Positions 51,901-64,000 of a DNA stretch of 64,000 nucleotides are shown here, piece by piece. The notes beneath the pieces were generated by a model. The model saw nothing but the letters and a program-made list of their open reading frames with translations, did no database searches and was not told the origin of the DNA. A program made the translations under genes and the position numbers. The stretch lies in assembly GCF_009914755.1 (NCBI RefSeq), contig NC_060944.1. One strand, 5' to 3'. The stretch's first letter is position 1. Each line of letters starts with the position of its first letter. The stretch is from the human T2T-CHM13v2.0 reference genome, Homo sapiens.

Positions 51901-54900
51901 AGAATCTGCAAGAGGCTATTTGGATAGCTTTGAGTATTTCGCTGGAAACGGGTATGTCTTCAGATAAACTCTAGACAGAAGCATTCTCAGAAACTTCTTT
52001 GAGATGTTGCATTCAAGTCAGAGAGTAGAACATTCCCATTCATAGAGCAGATTTGAAACACTCTTTTTGTAGTATCTGAAAGTGGACATTTGGAGCGCTT
52101 TCAGGCCTATGATGAAAAAGGAAATATCTTCCCATAAAAACTAGACGGAAGCATTCTCAGAAACTTACTTGTGATGTGTTTGCTCAACTAACAGAATTGA
52201 ACCATCGTTTTGAAGGAGCAGTTTTGAAACACTGTTTTCGTGGAATCTGCAAGTGGATATTTGGCTAGCTTTGAGGATTTCGTTGGAAACGGGATTACAT
52301 ATAAAAAGGAGACAGCAGCATTCTCAGAAACTTCTTTGTGATGTCTGCATTCAAGTCACAGAGTTGAGCATTCCCTTTCATGGAGCAGGATTGAAACACT
52401 CTTTTTGTAGTATCTGGTGAGGACATTTGGAGCGCTTTCAGGCGTATGGTGAAAAAGGAAATATCTTCCCGTAAAAACTAGACAGAAGCATTCTCAGAAA
52501 TTTATTTGTGATGTGTGCCCTCAACTAACAGAGTTGAACCTTTCTTTTGATAGAGCAGTTTTGAAACACTCTTTTTGTAAAATCTGCAAGAGGATATTTG
52601 GATGGCTTTGAGGATTTCGTTGCAAACGGGAATGGCTTCATATAAACTCTAGACAGAAGCATTCTCAGAAACTTCGTTGGGATGTTTCGATTGAAGTCCC
52701 AGTGTTGAACATTCCCTTTTATAGAGCAGGTTGGAAACACTCTTTCTGCATTCCCTGGAAGTGGACATTTGGAGCGCTTTCAGGACGACGGTGAAAATGG
52801 AAATATCTTCCAATAAAATCTAGATAGAGGCAATGTCAGAAACTTTTATGTGATGGATCTACTCAGCTAACAGAGTTGAACCTTTCTTTTGAGAGATCAG
52901 TTTTGCACCACTCTTTTTGTGGAATATGCAAGTGGATATTAGGGCAGCTTTGAGGATTTCGTTGGAAACGGGAATACATGTAAAAAGCAGACAGCAGCAT
53001 TCTCAGAAACTTCTTTGTGATGTTTGCATTGAAGTCACAGAGTTGAACATTCCCTTTGAGAGAGCAGGTTTGAAACACGCCTTTTGTCATATCTGGAAGT
53101 GTCCATTCGGAGCGCATTCAGGCTTGTGTTGAAAAAGGAAATATCCTCCCATAAAAACTAGACAGAAGCATTCTCAGAAACTTATTTGTGATGTATGTAC
53201 TCAACTAACAGAACTAAACCATCGTTTTGAAGGAGCAGTTTTGAAACACCCTTTTTGCGGAATCTGCAACTGGATATTTGGCTAGCTTGGAGGATTTCGT
53301 TGGAAACGCGATTACATACAAAAAGCAGACAGCAGCATTCTCAGAAACTTCTTTGTGATGTTTGCATTCAAGTCGCAGAGTTGAACATTCCCTTTCATAG
53401 AGCAGGTTTGAAACACTCTTTTTGTAGTATCTGGATGTGGACATTTGGATCGCTTTCAGGCCTATGGTGAAAAAGGAAATATCTTCCCATGAAAACTAGA
53501 CAGAAGCATTCTCAGAAACTTATTTGTGATGTGTGCCCTCAACTGACAGTGTTGAACCTTTGTTTTGATAGAGCAGTTCTGAAACACACTTTTTGTAAAA
53601 TCTGCAAGAGGATATTTGGATAGCTTTGAGGATTTCGTTGGAAACGGGAATGTCTTCATGTAAACTCTAGACAGAAGCATTCTCAGAAAATGCTTTGGGA
53701 TGTTTCAATTGAAGTCCCAGTGTTGAACATTCCCTTTCATAGAGCAGGTTTGAAACACTCTTTTTGTAGTATCTGGAAGTGGACATTTGGAGCGCTTTCA
53801 GGTCTACGGTGAAAAAGGAGATATCTTCCAATAAAAACTAGATAGAAGCAATGTCAGAACTTTTTTCATGATGTATCTACTCAGCAAACAGAGTTGAAGC
53901 TTTCTTTTGAGAGAGTAGTTTTGAAACACTCTTTTTGTGGAATATGCAAGTGGGTATTAGGCCAGCTTGGAGGATTTCGTTGGAAACGGGAATACGTATA
54001 AAAAGCAGACAGCAGCATTGTCAGAAACTACTTTGTGATGTTTGCATTCAAGTCACAGAATTGAACACTCCCTTTCACAGAGCAGGTTTGAAACACTCTT
54101 TTTGTAGTGTCTGTAAGTGAACATTTGGATTGCTTTCAGGCCTAAGGTGAAAAAGGAAATATCTTCCCATAAAAACTAGACAGAAGCATTCTCAGAAACT
54201 TGTTTGTGATGTGTGCCCTCTACTGACAGAGTTGAACCTTTCTTTGCAAAGAGCAGTTTTGAAACACCCTTTTTGTAGAATCTGCAAGAGGATATTTGGA
54301 TAGCTTTGAGGATTTCTTGGGAAACGGGAATGTCTTCAGATAAACTCTAGACAGAAGCATTCTCAGAAACTTCTTTGGGATGTTTCAATTGAAGTCACAG
54401 TGTTGAACATTCCCTTTCACAGAGCAGGTTTGAAACACTCTTTTTGTAGTGTCTATAAGTGAACATTTGGCGTGCTTTCAGGCCTAACGTGAAAAAGGAA
54501 ATATCTTCCCATAAGAACTAGACAGAAGCATTCTCAGAAACTTGTTTGTGATGTGTGCCCTCTACTGACAGAGTTGAACCTTTCCTTGCAAAGAGCAGCT
54601 TTGACACACTCTTTTTGTAGAATCTGCAAGAGGCTATTTGGATAGCTTTGAGGATTTCGTTGGAAACGGGTATGTCTTCAGATAAACTCTAGACAGAAGC
54701 ATTCTCAGAAACTTCTTTGAGATGTTGCATTCAAGTCACAGAGTAGAACATTCCCATTCATAGAGCAGATTTGAAACACTCTTTTTGTAGTATCTGAAAG
54801 TGGACATTTGGAGCGCTTTCAGGCCTATGATGAAAAAGGAAATATCTTCCCATAAAAACTAGACGGAAGCATTCTCAGAAACTTACTTGTGATGTGTTTG

Positions 54901-57900
54901 CTCAACTAACAGATTTGAACCATCGTTTTGAAGGAGCAGTTTTGAAACACTGTTTTCGTGGAATCTGCAAGTGGATATTTGGCTAGCTTTGAGGATTTCG
55001 TTGGAAACGGGATTACATATAAAAAGGAGACAGCAGCATTCTCAGAAACTTCTTTGTGATGTCTGCATTCAAGTCACAGAGTTGAGCATTCCCTTTCATG
55101 GAGCAGGATTGAAACACTCTTTTTGTAGTATCTGGTGAGGACATTTGGAGCGCTTTCAGGCGTATGGTGAAAAAGGAAATATCTTCCCGTAAAAACTAGA
55201 CAGAAGCATTCTCAGAAATTTATTTGTGATGTGTGCCCTCAACTAACAGAGTTGAACCTTTCTTTTGATAGAGCAGTTTTGAAACACTCTTTTTGTAAAA
55301 TCTGCAAGAGGATATTTGGATGGGTTTGAGGATTTCGTTGCAAACGGGAATGGCTTCATATAAACTCTAGACAGAAGCATTCTCAGAAACTTCGTTGGGA
55401 TGTTTCGATTGAAGTCCCAGTGTTGAACATTCCCTTTTATAGAGCAGGTTGGAAACACTCTTTCTGCATTCCCTGGAAGTGGACATTTGGAGCGCTTTCA
55501 GGACGACGGTGAAAATGGAAATATCTTCCAATAAAATCTAGATAGAGGCAATGTCAGAAACTTTTATGTGATGGATCTACTCAGCTAACAGAGTTGAACC
55601 TTTCTTTTGAGAGAGCAGTTTTGCAACACTCTTTTTGTGGAATATGCAAGTGGATATTAGGGCAGCTTTGAGGATTTCGTTGGAAACGGGAATACATGTA
55701 AAAAGCAGACAGCAGCATTCTCAGAAACTTCTTTGTGATGTTTGCATTGAAGTCACAGAGTTGAACATTCCCTTTGAGAGAGCAGGTTTGAAACACGCCT
55801 TTTGTCATATCTGGAAGTGTCCATTCGGAGCGCATTCAGGCTTGTGTTGAAAAAGGAAATATCCTCCCATAAAAACTAGACAGAAGCATTCTCAGAAACT
55901 TATTTGTGATGTATGTACTCAACTAACAGAACTAAACCATCGTTTTGAAGGAGCAGTTTTGAAACACCCTTTTTGCGGAATCTGCAACTGGATATTTGGC
56001 TAGCTTGGAGGATTTCGTTGGAAACGCGATTACATACAAAAAGCAGACAGCAGCATTCTCAGAAACTTCTTTGTGATGTTTGCATTCAAGTCGCAGAGTT
56101 GAACATTCCCTTTCATAGAGCAGGTTTGAAACACTCTTTTTGTAGTATCTGGATGTGGACATTTGGATCGCTTTCAGGCCTATGGTGAAAAAGGAAATAT
56201 CTTCCCATGAAGACTAGACAGAAGCATTCTCAGAAACTTATTTGTGATGTGTGCCCTCAACTGACAGTGTTGAACCTTTGTTTTGATAGAGCAGTTCTGA
56301 AACACACTTTTTGTAAAATCTGCAAGAGGATATTTGGATAGCTTTGAGGATTTCGTTGGAAACGGGAATGTCTTCATGTAAACTCTAGACAGAAGCATTC
56401 TCAGAAAATGCTTTGGGATGTTTCAATTGAAGTCCCAGTGTTGAACATTCCCTTTCATAGAGCAGGTTTGAAACACTCTTTTTGTAGTATCTGGAAGTGG
56501 ACATTTGGAGCGCTTTCAGGTCTACGGTGAAAAAGGAGATATCTTCCAATAAAAACTAGATAGAAGCAATGTCAGAACTTTTTTCATGATGTATCTACTC
56601 AGCAAACAGAGTTGAACCTTTCTTTTGAGAGAGCAGTTTTGAAACACTCTTTTTGTGGAATATGCAAGTGGGTATTAGGCCAGCTTGGAGGATTTCGTTG
56701 GAAACGGGAATACGTATAAAAAGCAGACAGCAGCATTGTCAGAAACTACTTTGTGATGTTTGCATTCAAGTCACAGAATTGAACACTCCCTTTCACAGAG
56801 CAGGTTTGAAACACTCTTTTTGTAGTGTCTGTAAGTGAACATTTGGATTGCTTTCAGGCCTAAGGTGAAAAAGGAAATATCTTCCCATAAAAACTAGACA
56901 GAAGCATTCTCAGAAACTTGTTTGTGATGTGTGCCCTCTACTGACAGAGTTGAACCTTTCTTTGCAAAGAGCAGTTTTGAAACACCCTTTTTGTAGAATC
57001 TGCAAGAGGATATTTGGATAGCTTTGAGGATTTCTTGGGAAACGGGAATGTCTTCAGATAAACTCTAGACAGAAGCATTCTCAGAAACTTCTTCGGGATG
57101 TTTCAATTGAAGTCACAGTGTTGAACATTCCCTTTCACAGAGCAGGTTTGAAACACTCTTTTTGTAGTGTCTATAAGTGAACATTTGGCGTGCTTTCAGG
57201 CCTAACGTGAAAAAGGAAATATCTTCCCATAAGAACTAGACAGAAGCATTCTTAGAAACTTGTTTGTGATGTGTGCCCTCTACTGACAGAGTTGAACCTT
57301 TCCTTGCAAAGAGCAGCTTTGACACACTCTTTTTGTAGAATCTGCAAGAGGCTATTTGGATAGCTTTGAGGATTTCGTTGGAAACGGGTATGTCTTCAGA
57401 TAAACTCTAGACAGAAGCATTCTCAGAAACTTCTTTGGGATGTTGCATTCAAGTCACAGAGTAGAACATTCCCATTCATAGAGCAGATTTGAAACACTCT
57501 TTTTGTAGTATCTGAAAGTGGACATTTGGAGCGCTTTCAGGCCTATGATGAAAAAGGAAATATCTTCCCATAAAAACTAGACGGAAGCATTCTCAGAAAC
57601 TTACTTGTGATGTGTTTGCTCAACTAACAGAATTGAACCATCGTTTTGAAGGAGCAGTTTTGAAACACTGTTTTCGTGGAATCTGCAAGTGGATATTTGG
57701 CTAGCTTTGAGGATTTCGTTGGAAACGGGATTACATATAAAAAGGAGACAGCAGCATTCTCAGAAACTTCTTTGTGATGTCTGCATTCAAGTCACAGAGT
57801 TGAGCATTCCCTTTCATGGAGCAGGTTTGAAACACTCTTTTTGTAGTATCTGGATGAGGACATTTGGAGCGCTTTCAGGCGTATGGTGAAAAAGGAAATA

Positions 57901-60900
57901 TCTTCCCGTAAAAACTAGACAGAAGCATTCTCAGAAATTTATTTGTGATGTGTGCCCTCAACTAACAGAGTTGAACCTTTCTTTTGATAGAGCAGTTTTG
58001 AAACACTCTTTTTGTAAAATCTGCAAGAGGATATTTGGATGGCTTTGAGGATTTCGTTGCAAACGGGAATGGCTTCATATAAACTCTAGACAGAAGCATT
58101 CTCAGAAACTTCGTTGGGATGTTTCGATTGAAGTCCCAGTGTTGAACATTCCCTTTTATAGCGCACGTTGGAAACACTCTTTTTGCATTCCCTGGAAGTG
58201 GACATTTGGAGCGCTTTCAGGACGACGGTGAAAATGGAAATATCTTCCAATAAAATCTAGATAGAAGCAATGTCAGAAACTTTTATGTGATGGATCTACT
58301 CAGCTAACAGAGTTGAACCTTTCTTTTGAGAGAGCAGTTTTGCAACACTCTTTTTGTGGAATATGCAAGTGGATATTAGGGCAGCTTTGAGGATTTCGTT
58401 GGAAACGGGAATACATGTAAAAAGCAGACAGCAGCATTCTCAGAAACTTCTTTGTGATGTTTGCATTGAAGTCACAGAGTTGAACATTCCCTTTGAGAGA
58501 GCAGGTTTGAAACACGCCTTTTGTCATATCTGGAAGTGTCCATTCGGAGCGCATTCAGGCTTGTGTTGAAAAAGGAAATATCCTCCCATAAAAACTAGAC
58601 AGAAGCATTCTCAGAAACTTATTTGTGATATATGTACTCAACTAACAGAACTAAACCATCGTTTTGAAGGAGCAGTTTTGAAACACCCTTTTTGCGGAAT
58701 CTGCAACTGGATATTTGGCTAGCTTGGAGGATTTCGTTGGAAACGGGATTACATACAAAAAGCAGACAGCAGCATTCTCAGAAACTTCTTTGTGATGTTT
58801 GCATTCAAGTCACAGAGTTGAACATTCCCTTTCATAGAGCAGGTTTGAAACACTCTTTTTGTAGTATCTGGATGTGGACATTTGGATCGCTTTCAGGCCT
58901 ATGGTGAAAAAGGAAATATCTTCCCATGAAAACTAGACAGAAGCATTCTCAGAAACTTATTTGTGATGTGTGCCCTCAACTGACAGTGTTGAACCTTTGT
59001 TTTGATAGAGCAGTTCTGAAACACACTTTTTGTAAAATCTGCAAGAGGATATTTGGATAGCTTTGAGGATTTCGTTGGAAACGGGAATGTCTTCATGTAA
59101 ACTCTAGACAGAAGCATTCTCAGAAACTGCTTTGGGATGTTTCAATTGAAGTCCCAGTGTGGAACATTCCCATTCATAGAGCAGGTTTGAAACACTCTTT
59201 TTGTACTATCTGGAAGTGGACATTTGGAGCGCTTTCAGGTCTACGGTGAAAAAGGAGATATCTTCCAATAAAAACTAGATAGAAGCAATGTCAGAACTTT
59301 TTTCATGATGTATCTACTCAGCAAACAGAGTTGAACCTTTCTTTTGAGAGAGCAGTTTTGAAACACTCTTTTTGTGGAATATGCAAGTGGGTATTAGGCC
59401 AGCTTGGAGGATTTCGTTGGAAACGGGAATACGTATAAAAAGCAGACAGCAGCATTGTCAGAAACTACTTTGTGATGTTTGCATTCAAGTCACAGAATTG
59501 AACACTCCCTTTCACAGAGCAGGTTTGAAACACTCTTTTTGTAGTGTCTGTAAGTGAACATTTGGATTGCTTTCAGGCCTGAGGTGAAAAAGGAAATATC
59601 TTCCCATAAAAACTAGACAGAAGCATTCTCAGAAACTTGTTTGTGATGTGTGCCCTCTACTGACAGAGTTGAACCTTTCTTTGCAAAGAACAGTTTTGAA
59701 ACACCCTTTTTGTAGAATCTGCAAGAGTATATTTGGATAGCTTTGAGGATTTCTTGGGAAACGGGAATGTCTTCAGGTAAACTCTAGACAGAAGCATTCT
59801 CAGAAACTTCTTTGGGATGTTTCAATTGAAGTCACAGTGTTGAACATTCCCTTTCACAGAGCAGGTTTGAAACACTCTTTTTGTAGTGTCTATAAGTGAA
59901 CATTTGGCGTGCATTCAGGCCTAACGTGAAAAAGGAAATATCTTCCCATAAGAACTAGACAGAAGCATTCTCAGAAACTTGTTTGTGATGTGTGCCCTCT
60001 ACTGACAGAGTTGAACCTTTCCTTGCAAAGAGCAGTTTTGACACACTCTTTTTGTAGAATCTGCAAGAGGCTATTTGGATAGCTTTGAGGATTTCGTTGG
60101 AAACGGGTATGTCTTCAGATAAACTCTAGACAGAAGCATTCTCAGAAACTTCTTTGAGATGTTGCATTCAAGTCACAGAGTAGAACATTCCCATTCATAG
60201 AGCAGATTTGAAACACTCTTTTTGTAGTATCTGAAAGTGGACATTTGGAGCGGTTTCAGGCCTATGATGAAAAAGGAAATATCTTCCCATAAAAACTAGA
60301 CGGAAGCATTCTCAGAAACTTACTTGTGATGTGTTTGCTCAACTAACAGAATTGAACCATCGTTTTGAAGGAGCAGTTTTGAAACACTGTTTTCGTGGAA
60401 TCTGCAAGTGGATATTTGGCTAGCTTTGAGGATTTCGTTGGAAACGGGATTACATATAAAAAGGAGACAGCAGCATTCTCAGAAACTTCTTTGTGATGTC
60501 TGCATTCAAGTCACAGAGTTGAGCATTCCCTTTCATGGAGCAGGTTTGAAACACTCTTTTTGTAGTATCTGGATGAGGACATTTGGAGCGCTTTCAGGCG
60601 TATGGTGAAAAAGGAAATATCTTCCCGTAAAAACTAGACAGAAGCATTCTCAGAAATTTATTTGTGATGTGTGCCCTCAACTAACAGAGTTGAACCTTTC
60701 TTTTGATAGAGCAGTTTTGAAACACTCTTTTTGTAAAATCTGCAAGAGGATATTTGGATGGCTTTGAGGATTTCGTTGCAAACGGGAATGGCTTCATATA
60801 AACTCTAGACAGAAGCATTCTCAGAAACTTCGTTGGGATGTTTCGATTGAAGTCCCAGTGTTGAACATTCCCTTTTATAGCGCACGTTGGAAACACTCTT

Positions 60901-62986
60901 TTTGCATTCCCTGGAAGTGGACATTTGGAGCGCTTTCAGGACGACGGTGAAAATGGAAATATCTTCCAATAAAATCTAGATAGAAGCAATGTCAGAAACT
61001 TTTATGTGATGGATCTACTCAGCTAACAGAGTTGAACCTTTCTTTTGAGAGAGCAGTTTTGCAACACTCTTTTTGTGGAATATGCAAGTGGATATTAGGG
61101 CAGCTTTGAGGATTTCGTTGGAAACGGGAATACATGTAAAAAGCAGACAGCAGCATTCTCAGAAACTTCTTTGTGATGTTTGCATTGAAGTCACAGAGTT
61201 GAACATTCCCTTTGAGAGAGCAGGTTTGAAACACGCCTTTTGTCATATCTGGAAGTGTCCATTCGGAGCGCATTCAGGCTTGTGTTGAAAAAGGAAATAT
61301 CCTCCCATAAAAACTAGACAGAAGCATTCTCAGAAACTTATTTGTGATGTATGTACTCAACTAACAGAACAAAACCATCGTTTTGAAGGAGCAGTTTTGA
61401 AACACCCTTTTTGCGGAATCTGCAACTGGATATTTGGCTAGCTTGGAGGATTTCGTTGGAAACGGGATTACATACAAAAAGCAGACAGCAGCATTCTCAG
61501 AAACTTCTTTGTGATGTTTGCATTCAAGTCGCAGAGTTGAACATTCCCTTTCATAGAGCAGGTTTGAAACACTCTTTTTGTAGTATCTGGATGTGGACAT
61601 TTGGATCGCTTTCAGGCCTATGGTGAAAAAGGAAATATCTTCCCATGAAAACTAGACAGAAGCATTCTCAGAAACTTATTTGTGATGTGTGCCCTCAACT
61701 GACAGTGTTGAACCTTTGTTTTAATAGAGCAGTTCTGAAACACACTTTTTGTAAAATCTGCAAGAGGATATTTGGATAGCTTTGAGGATTTCGTTGGAAA
61801 CGGGAATGTCTTCATGTGAACTCTAGAAAGAAGCATTCTCAGAAACTGCTTTGGGATGTTTCAATTGAAGTCCCAGTGTTGAACATTCCCTTTCATAGAG
61901 CAGGTTTGAAACACTCTTTTTGTAGTATCTGGAAGTGGACATTTGGAGCGCTTTCAGGTCTACGGTGAAAAAGGAGATATCTTCCAATAAAAACTAGATA
62001 GAAGCAATGTCAGAACTTTTTTCATCATGTATCTACTCAGCAAACAGAGTTGAACCTTTCTTTTGAGAGAGCAGTTTTGAAACACTCTTTTTGTGGAATA
62101 TGCAAGTGGGTATTAGGCCAGCTTGGAGGATTTCGTTGGAAACGGGAATACGTATAAAAAGCAGACAGCAGCATTGTCAGAAACTACTTTGTGATGTTTG
62201 CATTCAAGTCACAGAATTGAACACTCCCTTTCACAGAGCAGGTTTGAAACACTCTTTTTGTAGTGTCTGTAAGTGAACATTTGGAGTGCTTTCAGGCCTG
62301 AGGTGAAAAAGGAAATATCTTCCCATAAAAACTAGACAGAAGCATTCTCAGAAACTTGTTTGTGATGTGTGCCCTCTACTGACAGAGTTGAACCTTTCTT
62401 TGCAAAGAGCAGTTTTGAAACACACTTTTTGTAGAATCTGCAAGAGGATATTTGGATAGCTTTGAGGATTTCTTGGGAAACGGGAATGTCTTCAGATAAA
62501 CTCTAGACAGAAGCATTCTCAGAAACTTCTTTGGGATGTTTCAATTGAAGTCACAGTGTTGAACATTCCCTTTCACAGAGCAGGTTTGAAACACTCTTTT
62601 TGTAGTGTCTATAAGTGCACATTTGGCGTGCTTTCAGGCCTAACGTGAAAAAGGAAATATCTTCCCATAAGAACTAGACAGAAGCATTCTCAGAAACTTG
62701 ATTGTGATGTGTGCCCTCTACTGACAGAGTTGAACCTTTCCTTGCAAAGAGCAGCTTTGACACACTCTTTTTGTAGAATCTGCAAGAGGCTATTTGGATA
62801 GCTTTGAGGATTTCGTTGGAAACGGGTATGTCTTCAGATAAACTCTAGACAGAAGCATTCTCAGAAACTTCTTTGAGATGTTGCATTCAAGTCACAGAGT
62901 AGAACATTCCCATTCATAGAGCAGATTTGAAACACTCTTTTTGTAGTATCTGAAAGTGGACATTTGGAGCGCTTTCAGGCCTATGA

Positions 62987-63689
62987 TGAAAAAGGAAATA
63001 TCTTCCCATGAAAACTAGACAGAAGCATTCTCAGAAACTTATTTGTGATGTGTGCCCTCAACTGACAGTGTTGAACCTTTGTTTTGATAGAGCAGTTCTG
63101 AAACACACTTTTTGTAATATCTGCAAGAGGATATTTGGATAGCTTTGAGGATTTCGTTGGAAACGGGCATGTCTTCATGTAAACTCTAGACAGAAGCATT
63201 CTCAGAAAATGCTTTGGGATGTTTCAATTGAAGTCCCAGTGTTGTACATTCCCTTTCATAGAGCAGGTTTGAAACACTCTTTTTGTAGTATCTGGAAGTG
63301 GACATTTGGAGCGCTTTCAGGTCTACGGTGAAAAAGGAGATATCTTCCAATAAAAACTAGATAGAAGCAATGTCAGAACTTTTTTCATGATGTATCTACT
63401 CAGCAAACAGAGTTGAACCTTTCTTTTGAGAGAGCAGTTTTGAAACACTCTTTTTGTGGAACATGCAAGTGGGTATTAGGCCAGCTTGGAGGATTTCGTT
63501 GGAAACGGGAATACGTATAAAAAGCAGACAGCAGCATTGTCAGAAACTACTTTGTGATGTTTGCATTCAAGTCACAGAATTGAACACTCCCTTTCACAGA
63601 GCAGGTTTGAAACACTCTTTTTGTAGTGTCTGTAAGTGAACATTTGGATTGCTTTCAGGCCTAAGGTGAAAAAGGAAATATCTTCCCAT
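62987..63689 (+). repeat. Out-of-register 4-monomer block (m11-m14, 680 bp) within m2; hybrid monomers m2/m10 and m14/m2
   Basis: m2 (CCTATGATG) continues into the m10 end (CCCATGAAAACTAGACAG) then m11-m14. The m14 sequence (CCTAAGGTG) continues into the m2 end (CTAGACGGAAG) then m3. The m3 landmark appears at 63807 instead of 63127 (+680). Confidence 0.9.
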
Positions 63690-64000
63690 AAAAACTAGAC
63701 GGAAGCATTCTCAGAAACTTACTTGTGATGTGTTTGCTCTACTAACAGAATTGAACCATCGTTTTGAAGGAGCAGTTTTGAAACACTGTTTTCGTGGAAT
63801 CTGCAAGTGGATATTTGGCTAGCTTTGAGGATTTCGTTGGAAACGGGATTACATATAAAAAGGAGACAGCAGCATTCTCAGAAACTTCTTTGTGATGTCT
63901 GCATTCAAGTCACAGAGTTGAGCATTCCCTTTCATGGAGCAGGTTTGAAACACTCTTTTTGTAGTATCTGGATGAGGACATTTGGAGCGCTTTCAGGCGT

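Larger units (their letters stand above)
1..64000 (+). repeat. Centromeric alpha-satellite higher-order repeat array, dimeric (SF2-type) monomers, 16-mer HOR of 2719 bp
   Basis: Monomer landmark CATTCTCAGAAA recurs every 167-171 bp. Near-identical ORFs recur at 2719-bp steps (594, 3313, 6032, 8751...). CENP-B-box positions occur every second monomer. Monomers match the alphoid D1/D2-like consensus (...GGATAGCTTTGAGGATTTCGTTGGAAACGGGA... alternating with ...GGAGCGCTTTCAGGCCTATGGTGAAAAAGGAAATATCTTCCC...). Confidence 0.99.
1..64000 (+). other. Tentative assignment: human chromosome 20 active centromeric array (D20Z2 / S2C20H1L)
   Basis: Inference from recalled HOR catalogue: dimeric SF2 organisation plus a 16-mer with 8-mer variants. 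The other well-known 2.7-kb 16-mer, D17Z1, is pentameric SF3 and does not fit the strict A/B alternation. Needs an HMM or BLAST check against T2T centromere annotation. Confidence 0.65.

Noticed and set aside
594-63639. About 190 short ORFs (61-98 aa) on both strands
   Set aside because: They recur at the HOR period, overlap on opposite strands, often begin at non-ATG codons, are broken by stops and frameshifts in some copies, and resemble no protein family I recognise. They are chance translations of alpha-satellite.
1-64000. CRISPR-like regular recurrence of a conserved motif (AGACAGAAGCATTCTCAGAAAC)
   Set aside because: The intervening sequences are homologous monomer bodies rather than unique spacers, the period is ~171 bp, and there are no cas genes.
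1-64000. Assignment to D17Z1 (also a 2.7-kb 16-mer)
   Set aside because: D17Z1 is pentameric SF3, whereas this array has strict dimeric A/B alternation with SF2-like monomers.
1-64000. Inversions or L1/Alu insertions
   Set aside because: None seen. Monomer landmarks stay on the + strand, and all coordinate shifts are explained by whole-monomer changes or 1-bp indels.

Overview
The whole 64 kb is one uninterrupted, single-orientation array of primate (most likely human) centromeric alpha-satellite. It has ~171-bp monomers alternating A-type (pJalpha-box position) and B-type (CENP-B box), i.e. the dimeric suprachromosomal family 2 pattern, organised as a 16-monomer higher-order repeat (HOR) of 2719 bp in ~23.5 HOR-equivalents. 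From recall, a dimeric SF2 16-mer with 8-mer variants best fits the chromosome 20 active array (D20Z2/S2C20H1L); I could not confirm this by search. I see no genes, RNA genes, transposons or CRISPR array, and all listed ORFs are periodic by-products of the repeat. I find no evidence of a new gene-encoded system. The interesting signal is array architecture: a 5438-bp two-HOR super-period at the left, two copies of an 8-mer variant with the same hybrid junction, a 680-bp 4-monomer insertion flanked by a 23-bp direct repeat near the right end, mosaic HOR copies, lineage-specific CENP-B box losses and GC>AA/TT tandem mutations. Monomer labels m1-m16 are my own, with m1 starting at 152. All variants were read by eye and should be confirmed by alignment.
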